A stretch of DNA of 64,000 nucleotides from Acidobacteriota bacterium (GCA_019244185.1 JAFATB010000006.1:32001-96000), one strand, 5' to 3'; counted from the stretch's first letter, positions 9,782 to 19,125 are shown. The notes: generated by a model from the sequence alone, not told the origin. Numbers and translations are program-made.

Positions 9782-10399
9782 ATGAAGAACTCCTGGACCG
9801 GCGGAATGGCCGCCACGCTCGAGGAGAACGGCGAGGCGACTCTGGCCGTGGCGGTGCATCGCTGCGAGCCCGGCGCGCTGGAGCGGCTGATCGACCGCTT
9901 CGAAGGCGCGCTGTACGGCTACGCGTACGGCATCCTGCAGAACACCTTCGACGCGCAGGAAGTCGTACAGGACGCGATGCTGCGCGCGCACCGGGCGCTG
10001 ACGCGGCAATACGACGAGGCGCGCTGCGCGGCGCTGGCGCTCCGGCCGTGGCTGTTCAAGATGGTGCGCAACCTCTGTCTCAACAAGCGCCGCTCGAAAA
10101 CGCGCGCGCTCGAACAGCCGCTCGCGTCGTTCGACGACGACCGCCTCGGGCCGTTCGTCCGCGAGCACGGCTCCGAGCTCGAGCGGCGCGAGGACGCGGA
10201 GCTGCTGCGCGGCGCGATGGCGCGCCTCCCGGTCGAGGCGCGCGAGCTCATCGTGCTGCGATTCATGGAAGAGATGTCGTACGCCGACATCGCGAAGACC
10301 GTCGGAGCGTCCGAAGCGGCGCTGCGCGGCAAGGTGTTCCGCTCGCTCAAGCTCCTGCGGGACGCACTGGAAGAAAAAGGGGTGGCCCATGCGGTGTAG
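9782..10399 (+). CDS. ECF (sigma-70 group 4) RNA polymerase sigma factor
   Basis: Region 2: DAQEVVQDAML...WLFKMVRNLCLNKRR. Region 4: LPVEARELIVLRFMEEMSYADIA...GKVFRSLKLLR. Confidence 0.92.
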   Translation: MKNSWTGGMAATLEENGEATLAVAVHRCEPGALERLIDRFEGALYGYAYGILQNTFDAQEVVQDAMLRAHRALTRQYDEARCAALALRPWLFKMVRNLCLNKRRSKTRALEQPLASFDDDRLGPFVREHGSELERREDAELLRGAMARLPVEARELIVLRFMEEMSYADIAKTVGASEAALRGKVFRSLKLLRDALEEKGVAHAV

Positions 10400-11255
10400 A
10401 TCGGTTCTGACTCGAGTCGATGCGCTGCGCACCGGCGAGCTTCCGCCGGACGAACGCGGCGAAGTGGAGACGCACATGGAGACGTGCCGCAGCTGCAATG
10501 CGTCGGTGCACGACGTCGGTACGCTCGCGCATACCATCAAGGCGATCGCGCCAGCGCCGCCGCGCTCGTGCCGCGACGCGCTCGCGGATTCGTACGATCG
10601 CGTCGGCGAAGTGTGGGTGGCGTTCTCCGACAGCGGCCTGCGCATGCTCCATCGCGGCGGCAGCTTCGAGGAGTTCCGCGCGCTGCACGCCGAGCGCACC
10701 GGACGCACGCTCAAGTCCGCGACGCTTTCCGACAAGCTGCGCAAGCAGGTCGTCGCCGCGACGAGCGGCGAAGGCGTGGACAAGCCGCAGGTCGACTGGC
10801 GCGCGGACGCGACGCCGCTCGAGCGCGCCGTGCTGGAGACGCTGACGCGGATTCCGCGCGGCGAGGTGCGCACGTATGAATGGGTCGCGCGGCAGGTCGG
10901 ACGGCCGCGTGCGACGCGCGCCGTCGGCTCGATCTGCGCGAAGAACTCGGTGCCGTTCGTCGTGCCGTGCCACCGCGTCGTGCCGTCGACCGGCGGCGTC
11001 GGTCAGTACGCGTTCGGCAGCGCGGTGAAGCGCGACCTGCTGCGGCGCGAAGGCGTCGACGTCGACGCGCTCGACTCGCTCGCGAAACAGCGCGTCCGCT
11101 ACATCGGCTCGCGCACCACGAAGATCGTCTGCTTCCCCACGTGCAAAGACGCGCGGCGCATCCGCGAGGACAACCGCGTCCCTTTTCACGCGGCCGGCGA
11201 AGCGCTGGAGAAAGGATTCCGGCCATGTCTGCGATGCAAGCCGTTCGCGGCCTGA
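10389..11255 (+). CDS. Fusion of a zf-HC2/ZAS anti-sigma domain, a methylated-DNA-protein-cysteine methyltransferase (Ogt) and a C-terminal Ada metal-binding domain
   Basis: N-terminus C..GEL....E.HMETCRSC (HxxxCxxC). Middle IPRGEVRTY..VA..VG.P.ATRAVG and the VPCHRVV active site. C-terminus KIVCFPTC...GFRPCLRC with all four Ada Cys. Overlaps the sigma gene by 11 bp. Confidence 0.88.
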   Translation: MRCRSVLTRVDALRTGELPPDERGEVETHMETCRSCNASVHDVGTLAHTIKAIAPAPPRSCRDALADSYDRVGEVWVAFSDSGLRMLHRGGSFEEFRALHAERTGRTLKSATLSDKLRKQVVAATSGEGVDKPQVDWRADATPLERAVLETLTRIPRGEVRTYEWVARQVGRPRATRAVGSICAKNSVPFVVPCHRVVPSTGGVGQYAFGSAVKRDLLRREGVDVDALDSLAKQRVRYIGSRTTKIVCFPTCKDARRIREDNRVPFHAAGEALEKGFRPCLRCKPFAA

Positions 11256-11866
11256 GCGTTCCCGAGATCCACGCGGTGTCGCGGCCCGCGCGCGCCTTCA
11301 CCGGCGACTTCTACTTCACGCACCGCGAAGGCGCGCGCACGTGGTTCGCCCTCGGCGACGTCGCGGGCAAAGGTCTGCCCGCCGCGATCGTGATGGCGAT
11401 GATCCAGGAGGAGCTCGAGCTGCGCATCGCGTCGTGCGCGAGCGCCGCGTGCGATCCGGCGACAACCACGCGCCGCCTCCACGAGTTCCTCGCGCCGCTG
11501 CTCCCGCGCAATCGCTTCGCCACCGCCGTCCTCGGCCATCTCGACGACGACGGCACGCTGACGATCGTGAACGCCGGCCACTGTCCGCCGCTCCTCGCCC
11601 GCGCCGACGGCCGCGTCGAGGAGCTCGGCTCCACCGGCCCGCTCCTCGGCATCCTTCCCTGCCCGCGCTGGAGCTCCGTCAAACGCCGCCTCGAACCCGG
11701 CGACGCGCTCGTGCTCTACAGCGATGGCGTGACCGAGGCCACGATCGATGGCGGCGAGGAGCTCGGGGTGGAGGGTTTGCGCGAGCGCGTCGCGCGTCGC
11801 GAGAACCTGCTCGACGGACTCGACACGCACGACGACGTGACGCTCGTCGTCGTGCGACGGCCGTGA
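11234..11866 (+). CDS. Stand-alone PP2C/SpoIIE-type Ser/Thr phosphatase
   Basis: GDFY, LGDVAGKG, NAGH, LYSDGVTEA, DDVT motifs. Start is ATG 11234 or 11225, overlapping the upstream gene. Confidence 0.85.
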   Translation: MQAVRGLSVPEIHAVSRPARAFTGDFYFTHREGARTWFALGDVAGKGLPAAIVMAMIQEELELRIASCASAACDPATTTRRLHEFLAPLLPRNRFATAVLGHLDDDGTLTIVNAGHCPPLLARADGRVEELGSTGPLLGILPCPRWSSVKRRLEPGDALVLYSDGVTEATIDGGEELGVEGLRERVARRENLLDGLDTHDDVTLVVVRRP

Positions 11867-11869
11867 GCA

Positions 11870-14401
11870 TCAGTCATAGACGAACCGTTCGTCGTCATTC
11901 GGCGTCGCACCCTTACGAACGATGACGGCGAACGGATCGACCTGCGCCAGTCCGCCGGCGAGTTGCCAAAGCGTGATGAAGAAAGCGCGACCCAGTTCCT
12001 CGCGGCGCAGCGGCGTCGCCGCAAGAATGTTGCTCGCTTCAGCCATGAGCTTTCGCTGTTGCACCGCAATGCTCTGAACGGCGTCATCGATCGCGCGGCC
12101 GGAGAGGTTGATCTGACGCATCGACTTCAATTGCCCAAGCATCCGCTCGAACGCTAGAACGACGCGCAGCGCATTGGAGACGGGGAGACGCTGCGCAGCG
12201 CCCACCTGGACCTGCGTTTTCTGATCGTCGGCACGGAAGTTCGCGTTGTCGAAGACGACCGTGGTACCGCCCGGCACCAGTCCAGTCTCACGGACGTGTT
12301 TCCATCGCAGGAACAGCAGTCCGTTGCGATCGCGGATCGTAAAGGGATTCGGCGAATCGGAGAGATATAGCGCGGTCAGGTTCTCGACGAACTGCTCCGA
12401 TGCGGTATCGACGCTTTGATTCAGGATCGTTTCGAGCTCACTTTCGCTGAAATCCAGAACGGCGCTCGCGACGAGATCTCCAAACGGCTGCTTCGATGCC
12501 GCATTGACGACCAGTTCCGTGAGCGCGGTCGTCGGTCCGGCGAGAACGCCCAGTGCGATCATCTGTTTTTCCCAGTCGGAGAGCTGCGTGCGTGTCGGCG
12601 GCGGCGTCCACCGGATGGATGCGTCCAAGCTGACATGGTCGCTGACGCGTGGGTCGCGTAGCTTATCCGCGGACGTGACGACCGCAAGCACACGCGTATC
12701 GGCCAGGAACGTGACGCTGCGCAGCGCACGCCAGCTCTTTGACCACGCTTCGATCGAAGTCCGCACGCCGAGATTGAGATCGCCCGTTGCCGTGACCTCG
12801 TAATCCCAGTCCTGCTGCAACAGTGTGCCGACTCCCGCGTTGAGACCGAACGCGGAGATGTTCAGCGACGTCTCGATACGAAGTCCACCGGAACCGGACC
12901 ACGTGGCGTCGTTCAGCGTGACACCCGCATCACCCTGCCGCGCCAGCGCGAGCGCCTCGGTGAAGTCGCCGTGCACACATTTGCGGAAGGCCGGCAGCGC
13001 AGGATCGATGGACAGATCGAGCGCCGTGGTGCGGGTATCGAAGCGCGATCGTTTATGGGCGAGCTCGATCCCGATCTTCACCTCCGCCGCGGCTTTCACG
13101 GCAGCGTTCACGCGCTCGAGCGCGCGTTGGTATCGGACGACGAGTTCCTTTACCGCATTCAACAGCGGATTGAGGTGGTGCTGGAAGTCATCGACGAGCG
13201 CGCCCGTCCGAGCGTCGATCGCATTCGTCAGCGCTTCTTTCAGTTTCGCCTTGAGATCGACACTTACACCGATCCGCGCGAGCCACTGTTGGAGCTGCGT
13301 GGTGACACTCTGGCTGTTCAGCAAGTGATTGACGGTCGCGGAGAGCTGCTGATCGAACAGCTGGTGCAGATCGCCGAAGGTCGTGAGATCGTTCTCGATC
13401 AGCTTCACGAGCGGAGCGAGCGGTGTGGTGATCTGAGAGACGACCGCGCTCGCAACTTTGTCGATGCCGGTGATTGTGACGCCGACACCGGCTTTCAGCG
13501 CGATGCCACGCGAGGACTCGCGCACTTGTACGAGTCGGACGCGAACACGGTTCGTTCCCTTGTCACGCGTCAGAAGAATGTTGAAGCTGCCGTTCACTTC
13601 CGCGTTGAAGTCGAGCGAAGCGGCAATCTTCGCCTCGGCGGTGATCGGCGCCGCAGCGAGACCGAGGGTCTTTTCGCTGACCTCGCCCGTCATCACGACC
13701 GTCTTTCCGAACGAGAGACCGCCCGACACGGCGATCGAGCCGGTGTTGTGCAGACGCACGACCTGCCCGTCTCGGAGGTGGGCGGCGTCGTACGGCAACT
13801 TGAATGCACGCACGTCATCGATGAGCGCTGTGAGCGCGGAGTCGGAGACCGCGTGCTTGAAGTAGTTGCCAACGGTGACCGACGCGTTCGCGCCGAATGC
13901 CGCCTTTCCGCTGACAACACCAATGGGGAACGACGGCACATTTCCGAGCGCGGAGACGGCGCCGTCGATCACGAACGAAAGGAATGCCTCGCTGTCTTTC
14001 TCGTACGTGATCGCGCCGTCGTCGAACAGATCGCCATCGTCGTCGCCCGCTACGGTCGCGGACGCGTTCGCGCCGAGCTCGATCGCAACGGCGTTGACGT
14101 TCAGCGTGTTGTCCACGGCGACCGGCCAGGAGAGCTTCTGCTTCGCTGCCGCACCAACGTTGCCGAGGAGGAACGTGAGCGCGGTACGGTTGTTTGCAAT
14201 GAAACTCTGAATTTGCTGCGCGTTGAGATTGAGCCGCGCAATCGCATCGGCGACCGGACCCTGCGCATTCGGATTGGCCTGGTAGGCCACCAATGCATCG
14301 AGAATGGCTTGAGGACTGTTCAGCGCCCGCAGTTCGTCCAGCAGTTTCGGGATGTCCTGGAGAAGCTGTACCGCACGGGTTCCTTGCTTGAGGATTTCCA
14401 T
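11870..14401 (-). CDS. Large hypothetical protein (843 aa), no family recognised
   Basis: Long ORF with normal amino-acid composition, SD GGAGG upstream, no signal peptide. More A/T-ending codons than its neighbours. Confidence 0.8.
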   Translation of the reverse strand: MEILKQGTRAVQLLQDIPKLLDELRALNSPQAILDALVAYQANPNAQGPVADAIARLNLNAQQIQSFIANNRTALTFLLGNVGAAAKQKLSWPVAVDNTLNVNAVAIELGANASATVAGDDDGDLFDDGAITYEKDSEAFLSFVIDGAVSALGNVPSFPIGVVSGKAAFGANASVTVGNYFKHAVSDSALTALIDDVRAFKLPYDAAHLRDGQVVRLHNTGSIAVSGGLSFGKTVVMTGEVSEKTLGLAAAPITAEAKIAASLDFNAEVNGSFNILLTRDKGTNRVRVRLVQVRESSRGIALKAGVGVTITGIDKVASAVVSQITTPLAPLVKLIENDLTTFGDLHQLFDQQLSATVNHLLNSQSVTTQLQQWLARIGVSVDLKAKLKEALTNAIDARTGALVDDFQHHLNPLLNAVKELVVRYQRALERVNAAVKAAAEVKIGIELAHKRSRFDTRTTALDLSIDPALPAFRKCVHGDFTEALALARQGDAGVTLNDATWSGSGGLRIETSLNISAFGLNAGVGTLLQQDWDYEVTATGDLNLGVRTSIEAWSKSWRALRSVTFLADTRVLAVVTSADKLRDPRVSDHVSLDASIRWTPPPTRTQLSDWEKQMIALGVLAGPTTALTELVVNAASKQPFGDLVASAVLDFSESELETILNQSVDTASEQFVENLTALYLSDSPNPFTIRDRNGLLFLRWKHVRETGLVPGGTTVVFDNANFRADDQKTQVQVGAAQRLPVSNALRVVLAFERMLGQLKSMRQINLSGRAIDDAVQSIAVQQRKLMAEASNILAATPLRREELGRAFFITLWQLAGGLAQVDPFAVIVRKGATPNDDERFVYD

Positions 14402-14457
14402 CGCAGACCTCCGTAGCGGATGAGAGGGACGCGATGCGTAAGTTCTCTAGCGCAAGT

Positions 14458-15201
14458 TCAAGCGCGCGAACGCAGCCACGCCTTCGCGCGCCACCACACG
14501 CGTGCGAGATCGTCGCGGCGGCGGGCGCCGGCGGTCGGAACGCCGGCGTCGCGGAGCCAGACCACGCGGTTCGCGTCGTCGACGTCGCGGAAGCGCTGCA
14601 CGACTTCGTCGGAGAACTGCGAGCGGTGGCAGGCGACGACGCGCACGAGATCGTTCCACGTCGCGCGCACGTCGACCGCTTCCGCGCGCGGATCGGCGCG
14701 CGTGAAGCGCAGCGGCGCGTGCAGCAGCTCGACGCGCGACTCGACGAGCGTCAGCGGAACCGGCAACGCGAGCCGTTGCACGAGCGTGCCGGTGGCGCGG
14801 TGATCGGCGTGCCACGTACAGCCGTGGTGGCGATTGAACGTCACGATGCGATCGGGGCGCACCTCGTCGACGAGCGCGCGGACGTGCGCGTGCAGCGCCC
14901 GCGTCCCGCCCGCGGCGTGCGACCACGCGCGGAGCACGTCTTCGGGCTCGTCGCCGCTGCCGTCCGGCAGGCGCGCGAAACGAACCTCGCCGCCGAAGAG
15001 CGTGGCCGCGGCGCGCATCTCGTCTTCGCGGATGCGCGCGACCTGCTCGGGATCGATGTTGCCGAGAAGGCCGCGTCCGCGCTCGCCGGAGGTGAGGACG
15101 AGGAAGTGCACGCGCGCGGAGGACTGCAGGACGAGGCGCGCCAGCCACGGCGCGACGAAGAGCTCATCGTCGGGATGGGCGCCGATCCAGAGCAGTTCCA
15201 T
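14458..15201 (-). CDS. PIG-L/LmbE family deacetylase
   Basis: AHPDDE, LTSGE, R..EM..AA, HADH, HRSQ motifs. Confidence 0.88.
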   Translation of the reverse strand: MELLWIGAHPDDELFVAPWLARLVLQSSARVHFLVLTSGERGRGLLGNIDPEQVARIREDEMRAAATLFGGEVRFARLPDGSGDEPEDVLRAWSHAAGGTRALHAHVRALVDEVRPDRIVTFNRHHGCTWHADHRATGTLVQRLALPVPLTLVESRVELLHAPLRFTRADPRAEAVDVRATWNDLVRVVACHRSQFSDEVVQRFRDVDDANRVVWLRDAGVPTAGARRRDDLARVWWRAKAWLRSRA

Positions 15202-15210
15202 CGCGGCAGG

Positions 15211-16095
15211 TCAGCGGATGGTGGCGTTCACGTCGAGCGACGCCGCGACGCTCGAATCCTTCTTCAGCGTGATCTTGAGGGCTTCGTGAAAGGCGCCGGG
15301 CTTCGCGCGCGCGCCGTCGATGGTGATGGTCACGGACTGCTTGCCGTTCGGCGGCACGAGGTCGTTGTATTTATAAAAAAGACAGCGGCACGACGAGCGT
15401 GACAGCGCGATCGTCGCCGGAGCATCGCCGTGGTTCGTGACGACGAACTGCCGCGCGGTGCGCGTGCCTTTGCGCACGATGCCGTAGTCCTGCGATGCCG
15501 GCGTCACGGTGAGCACGTCGGGCGGCGAATTCGGCGTGGCGATCGTGTCGTCGACGGCGCTCGTGCCGCTGGAATCGCTCGCCGTCACCGACGTCGACGT
15601 CCGTTCCGCAACCGGCTGCTCGACGATCGTCGCGGGCGTCGTTTTCTTCTCCGAGCTCGCCCGCCAGATCAGCCAGCCGATGAGCGCGAGCACGACCACC
15701 GCCGCGATGAGGATGCCGACGACGCGCGTCGCCGAACCGCCCGTGTCCGGCGGCGGATCGTAGACGCCGACGCTGCCGGCGGGCGGCTCGGATTCGGGAG
15801 ACGTGGCAAGCGGGCGGAGGCCGGGCTCGGTCTTGAAGCGCGGCTGAGGATTCGCCGGTGGCGCGGCAACAGGCGCCGCCGCGGCGGTCCCGCCTTCGAG
15901 CTCGTCGAGCTTCACGAGCGCCGCGTCGAGGTCGCGGATGAGGCGCTGATATTCGGTGGCGAGATGCTCGGTGGGCGCGTCGGCGGTCATGTTGACCAGC
16001 GCCTCGCGATGGCGGCGGTAACGCTGCCGCAGCAGCTCGAGCTCGCGCGCGCGTTCGCCGCGAGTCGCATTGACGGTGCCGAAATCGTCCGACAT
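15211..16095 (-). CDS. Membrane-anchored protein with a C-terminal DUF1573/Ig-like domain
   Basis: N-terminal coiled coil, Pro-rich linker, one TM helix, DYG...FVVTNHGD...SSCRC...VPPNG domain. Confidence 0.65.
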   Translation of the reverse strand: MSDDFGTVNATRGERARELELLRQRYRRHREALVNMTADAPTEHLATEYQRLIRDLDAALVKLDELEGGTAAAAPVAAPPANPQPRFKTEPGLRPLATSPESEPPAGSVGVYDPPPDTGGSATRVVGILIAAVVVLALIGWLIWRASSEKKTTPATIVEQPVAERTSTSVTASDSSGTSAVDDTIATPNSPPDVLTVTPASQDYGIVRKGTRTARQFVVTNHGDAPATIALSRSSCRCLFYKYNDLVPPNGKQSVTITIDGARAKPGAFHEALKITLKKDSSVAASLDVNATIR

Positions 16096-16727
16096 CAGCG
16101 TTGATCTTTACAAAAAACCAGCTCGGACACCAGACAACAAACCGACGCGATGCCCAGGCCCGCGGTCCAGCCGGCCACGACGTCGGACGCCCAGTGACGA
16201 TCGCGCACCAGCCGATTGATCCCCGCGCCGACCGGAATCACGACGATTCCCGCCAGCGCCGCAGGCGTCAGCAGCTTCTCGCGCACGAGCACGTACGCCG
16301 GCACGAGCAGCTCCGCCGTCGCCGCCATCGCGTGGTCGCTCGGGAACGACGGCTTCGGCCTGCCGTCCTTCGACGTCGGCGCGTACTGCAGCGGCAGCAT
16401 GCGCTCGCACGTCATGCCCGCGGCCTTCACCAGCGCCGGTCCGAGCACGACCGGCAGCCAGGCGCGCGCGCCGCGCCGACACGTCCCGAGCGCGACGAGA
16501 CCGTTCATCGTGAGAAGGAACTCCGTCGCGCTGATGGCTTTGAAGAAGAGCGCGACCGGCGATTCCGGATCGGGATCGCGCGCGAGCACTTCCTCGCGCA
16601 CTTCCTGATCCGTCTCCGCCAGTTCGCGGTTGGCGACCGCGCGGAACATGCGCGCGAGCAGCGCCGACGCACCGAGGGCGGTGAGCGAAAAGAGAGCGAT
16701 ACGCGCGGCAGACTTGCGGCGATCCAT
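16095..16727 (-). CDS. PAP2 family phosphatase
   Basis: SFPSDH and RLVRDRHWASDVVAG motifs with TM segments. Start ATG 16727. Confidence 0.8.
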   Translation of the reverse strand: MDRRKSAARIALFSLTALGASALLARMFRAVANRELAETDQEVREEVLARDPDPESPVALFFKAISATEFLLTMNGLVALGTCRRGARAWLPVVLGPALVKAAGMTCERMLPLQYAPTSKDGRPKPSFPSDHAMAATAELLVPAYVLVREKLLTPAALAGIVVIPVGAGINRLVRDRHWASDVVAGWTAGLGIASVCCLVSELVFCKDQR

Positions 16728-16893
16728 CGCTCGTCCTCCGAGCAAGCGCAATGCCGCAAACCCACCAGAAACCGCACAAGGCGTGCTACACTGCCGTCAG
16801 TCCATCAGACCATTATTGTTTCCATGTTTAGAGACCGCCGGCGGGAGCTCCAGTTCCGCGTGCGCCGTCGTACGCCGGCAAGGGAGACCAATC

Positions 16894-17718
16894 GTGACCA
16901 CGCCTCAATCGCGCATCGCCGACCACGTCCACTCCGCCCTCGACGTCGTCCCGCAAACCCCGATCATCGAGCCGCTGCGCCGCGCCTTCGCCGCGCATGA
17001 AGGCGCGCTGGCCGACATCGAGAACGCGTTCCGCACCTTCACGTCGGCCGCCCCGACTCCCGAGCGCGCACGCTACTTCTTCCACAGCTGGAGCCTCACC
17101 AACCACAGCGCGATGTGCGTCTCCGGCATCGGCAACCGCATCACGCTGCGCCTCCTCGACGAGCGCAACGGCATCGACAAGCCGCGCCTCACCTCCGCCC
17201 TCCTCGCCCTTCACCGCATCTCCGACGAGGACCTCGGCGCCCTCGGCGGCACGCTGCACGCCGATCTGTTCTACGAGATGGCCGACCTCTTCTGCGACGG
17301 CGACGCGTGGATGCGCCGCGGCTTCGCACTCGACAGCGCCCGCGCGTTCAAAGACTACAAGAACCGCACGGGCCTGCGCATGCCGGACCTGATGTTCGGA
17401 CTGCTCTCGACCGTCGCGCACGAGGTCTACACGCACGGCGAAGTGGAGTTCATCCTGCCGCTCTTCCGCGGCCTCGTGCAGCAACACTTCGACATCGATG
17501 AGAAACAGCAGCGCCGCCGCCTAGCCTGGATCAGCGTCCACTGCGGCCCGACCGAGCGCGAGCACTTCCGCCACGCGGTCGAAGCGATCGATCATTACTG
17601 CGCCGCCACGCACACGGACCTCGGCGCCTACGAGCTCGAACAGCTCTTCGGCGAGTACATCGAGAACAAGGCCGCCGTGATGCGCGATCTCTCGCGGCTG
17701 ATGACGACGCTCAACTAG
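16894..17718 (+). CDS. Heme-oxygenase-like diiron oxidase (HDO; PqqC/CADD-like fold)
   Basis: GTG 16894 after SD AGGGAG. Ligand pattern SDEDLG...TLHADLF, AHEVYTH, WISVH...EREH matches the E/H, E, H/E/H set of HDO enzymes. Confidence 0.7.
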   Translation: MTTPQSRIADHVHSALDVVPQTPIIEPLRRAFAAHEGALADIENAFRTFTSAAPTPERARYFFHSWSLTNHSAMCVSGIGNRITLRLLDERNGIDKPRLTSALLALHRISDEDLGALGGTLHADLFYEMADLFCDGDAWMRRGFALDSARAFKDYKNRTGLRMPDLMFGLLSTVAHEVYTHGEVEFILPLFRGLVQQHFDIDEKQQRRRLAWISVHCGPTEREHFRHAVEAIDHYCAATHTDLGAYELEQLFGEYIENKAAVMRDLSRLMTTLN

Positions 17719-17726
17719 CCGCCCGC

Positions 17727-18950
17727 ATGCGTCACCTGCGCGAGCTCGGCACGACGGCGGACGCGTTCCGCGCGCATCGCACGGAGTTCCTCGCCGCGAT
17801 GGCGCGCGCCGCCGGCCGCGCCGTCCCGTGGGGCGATGAGCTGTTCAATCCGTATCCGTTCGCGCTCGACGAGCCGTACGTCGAGCGCCTGATGCGCTTC
17901 GGCCGCGCGGTGCACGCGGGCATCCACGCCGTCGTGCAGAACTTCGCGCGCGACGAGCGCATCCGCGCGCGCTACGCGCTCGACCCGCGCCTCTTGCCGA
18001 TCCTCGAGCGCGCCGCACACGAGCCGTACACGATCGGGATGTTCCGCCCCGATTTCGTGCTCGACGAGGACGGCGACTTCCGCGTCTGCGAGATCAACGC
18101 GCGCTTCTCCGCGAACGGCTACGCGATCAACGACATCATCGACGGCACGCTCGCCGCGCTCACCTATCTTCCGCCGAACGTGCACCGCGTCCCCGGGATG
18201 TCGACGATCCGCGAAACGATGACGCGCGCCTTCCGCGACGAACGCCCCGTCGCGATCGTCCTCCGCAGCGAAAGCGGTAGCGAGATTCACCTCCTGCTCT
18301 CGGAACTCGACACGTACACGATCGCACCCGCGGACCTCGCGCACGACACGCGCAATCCGCACTACGTCCTCGAGCTCGATCGCCTCGAACTGCTCGACCT
18401 CGCGCCGCATGTGCTCGAGCGCATCATCCGCACCGGCTCCCGCAACGACGTGCGCACGCTGATCCTCGTCCACGACAAACGCCTGCTCTCGATCCTCTCC
18501 GATCCCGCGATCATGCGCGATCACGTCGACGCCGATGACTGCGCGCTCCTCGCCCGACACATCATCCCCACCCGCCCCGCCTCCGATCCCGAAGCCCGCG
18601 CCGCCGCACTCGACACGCCCGAGCACTGGGTTCTCAAACCCAGCAGCGGCGGCCGCGGCGTCGATGTCTGGATCGGCTCCGAAACGCCGCGCTCTCAATG
18701 GGAGTCGCGCCTCCACACGCACGATCACACCGACACGCTGCAACGCTTCATCCCCCAACGCCGCTTCACGATCCGCCACCTCGACGGCGACACGCTCCGC
18801 GACAGCGAGATGCACGTGGTCGGCCTCCTCCCCTGTTTCGAAGACCACGTGTTCGGCCCCGGCATCTTCCGCGCCGGCACCGGCAGCGTGATCAACGTCC
18901 ACCAACAACGCGGCGAGGTGCTGCCGTGTGTTGTGGATACCAAGGGCTGA
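17727..18950 (+). CDS. Circularly permuted / glutathione-synthetase-like ATP-grasp ligase
   Basis: FRPDFVLD..G.FRVCEINARF, HDKRLL, WVLKPSSGGRGVDV, LQRFIPQ, INV. Starts 8 bp after the HDO gene. Confidence 0.8.
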   Translation: MRHLRELGTTADAFRAHRTEFLAAMARAAGRAVPWGDELFNPYPFALDEPYVERLMRFGRAVHAGIHAVVQNFARDERIRARYALDPRLLPILERAAHEPYTIGMFRPDFVLDEDGDFRVCEINARFSANGYAINDIIDGTLAALTYLPPNVHRVPGMSTIRETMTRAFRDERPVAIVLRSESGSEIHLLLSELDTYTIAPADLAHDTRNPHYVLELDRLELLDLAPHVLERIIRTGSRNDVRTLILVHDKRLLSILSDPAIMRDHVDADDCALLARHIIPTRPASDPEARAAALDTPEHWVLKPSSGGRGVDVWIGSETPRSQWESRLHTHDHTDTLQRFIPQRRFTIRHLDGDTLRDSEMHVVGLLPCFEDHVFGPGIFRAGTGSVINVHQQRGEVLPCVVDTKG

Positions 18951-19125
18951 CGAGAGGCCTCCGGCGGGCCGGCACGGCCGGCAGCGCTAAGGGCCTAGCC
19001 TAGACGCACGTGCGGTCGCGGTTAACGTTGTTGACGGCAGCCGCACGTGAGTACTGGCTAAGCCCTTAGCGCTGCCGGCCGCGCCGGCCCGCCTGAGGCC
19101 CTTCGTCAGCCCCTGGTATCCACAA
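18931..19125. repeat. Long palindromic REP/MITE-like element, copy 1
   Basis: Left arm ttgtggataccaagggctgacgagaggcctccggcgggccggcacggccggcagcgctaagggc is nearly the exact reverse complement of the right arm ending ...gtcagcccctggtatccacaa. Inner gcacgtgcgg...ccgcacgtg stem. Lies between convergent genes. Confidence 0.92.

Noticed and set aside
7928-10873. Apparent 981-aa ABC-F protein with a long N-terminal extension
   Set aside because: The extension is antisense to the ECF and Ogt genes. The real start is ATG 9727. The same artefact inflates ORFs 28361..30538, 29713..32043, 38174..40036, 38929..40932 and 52534..55584.
16630-16893. 88-aa N-terminal extension of the HDO protein, or a precursor peptide in the 16728-16893 gap
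   Set aside because: The extension overlaps the PAP2 gene and lies upstream of a good SD + GTG at 16894. No small ORF with an RBS and a credible core peptide was seen.
18951-19105. Palindrome as a tRNA, known riboswitch or autonomous IS
   Set aside because: No cloverleaf or T-loop/CCA, no recognised aptamer, located at gene 3' ends, no transposase ORF and no direct target duplication.
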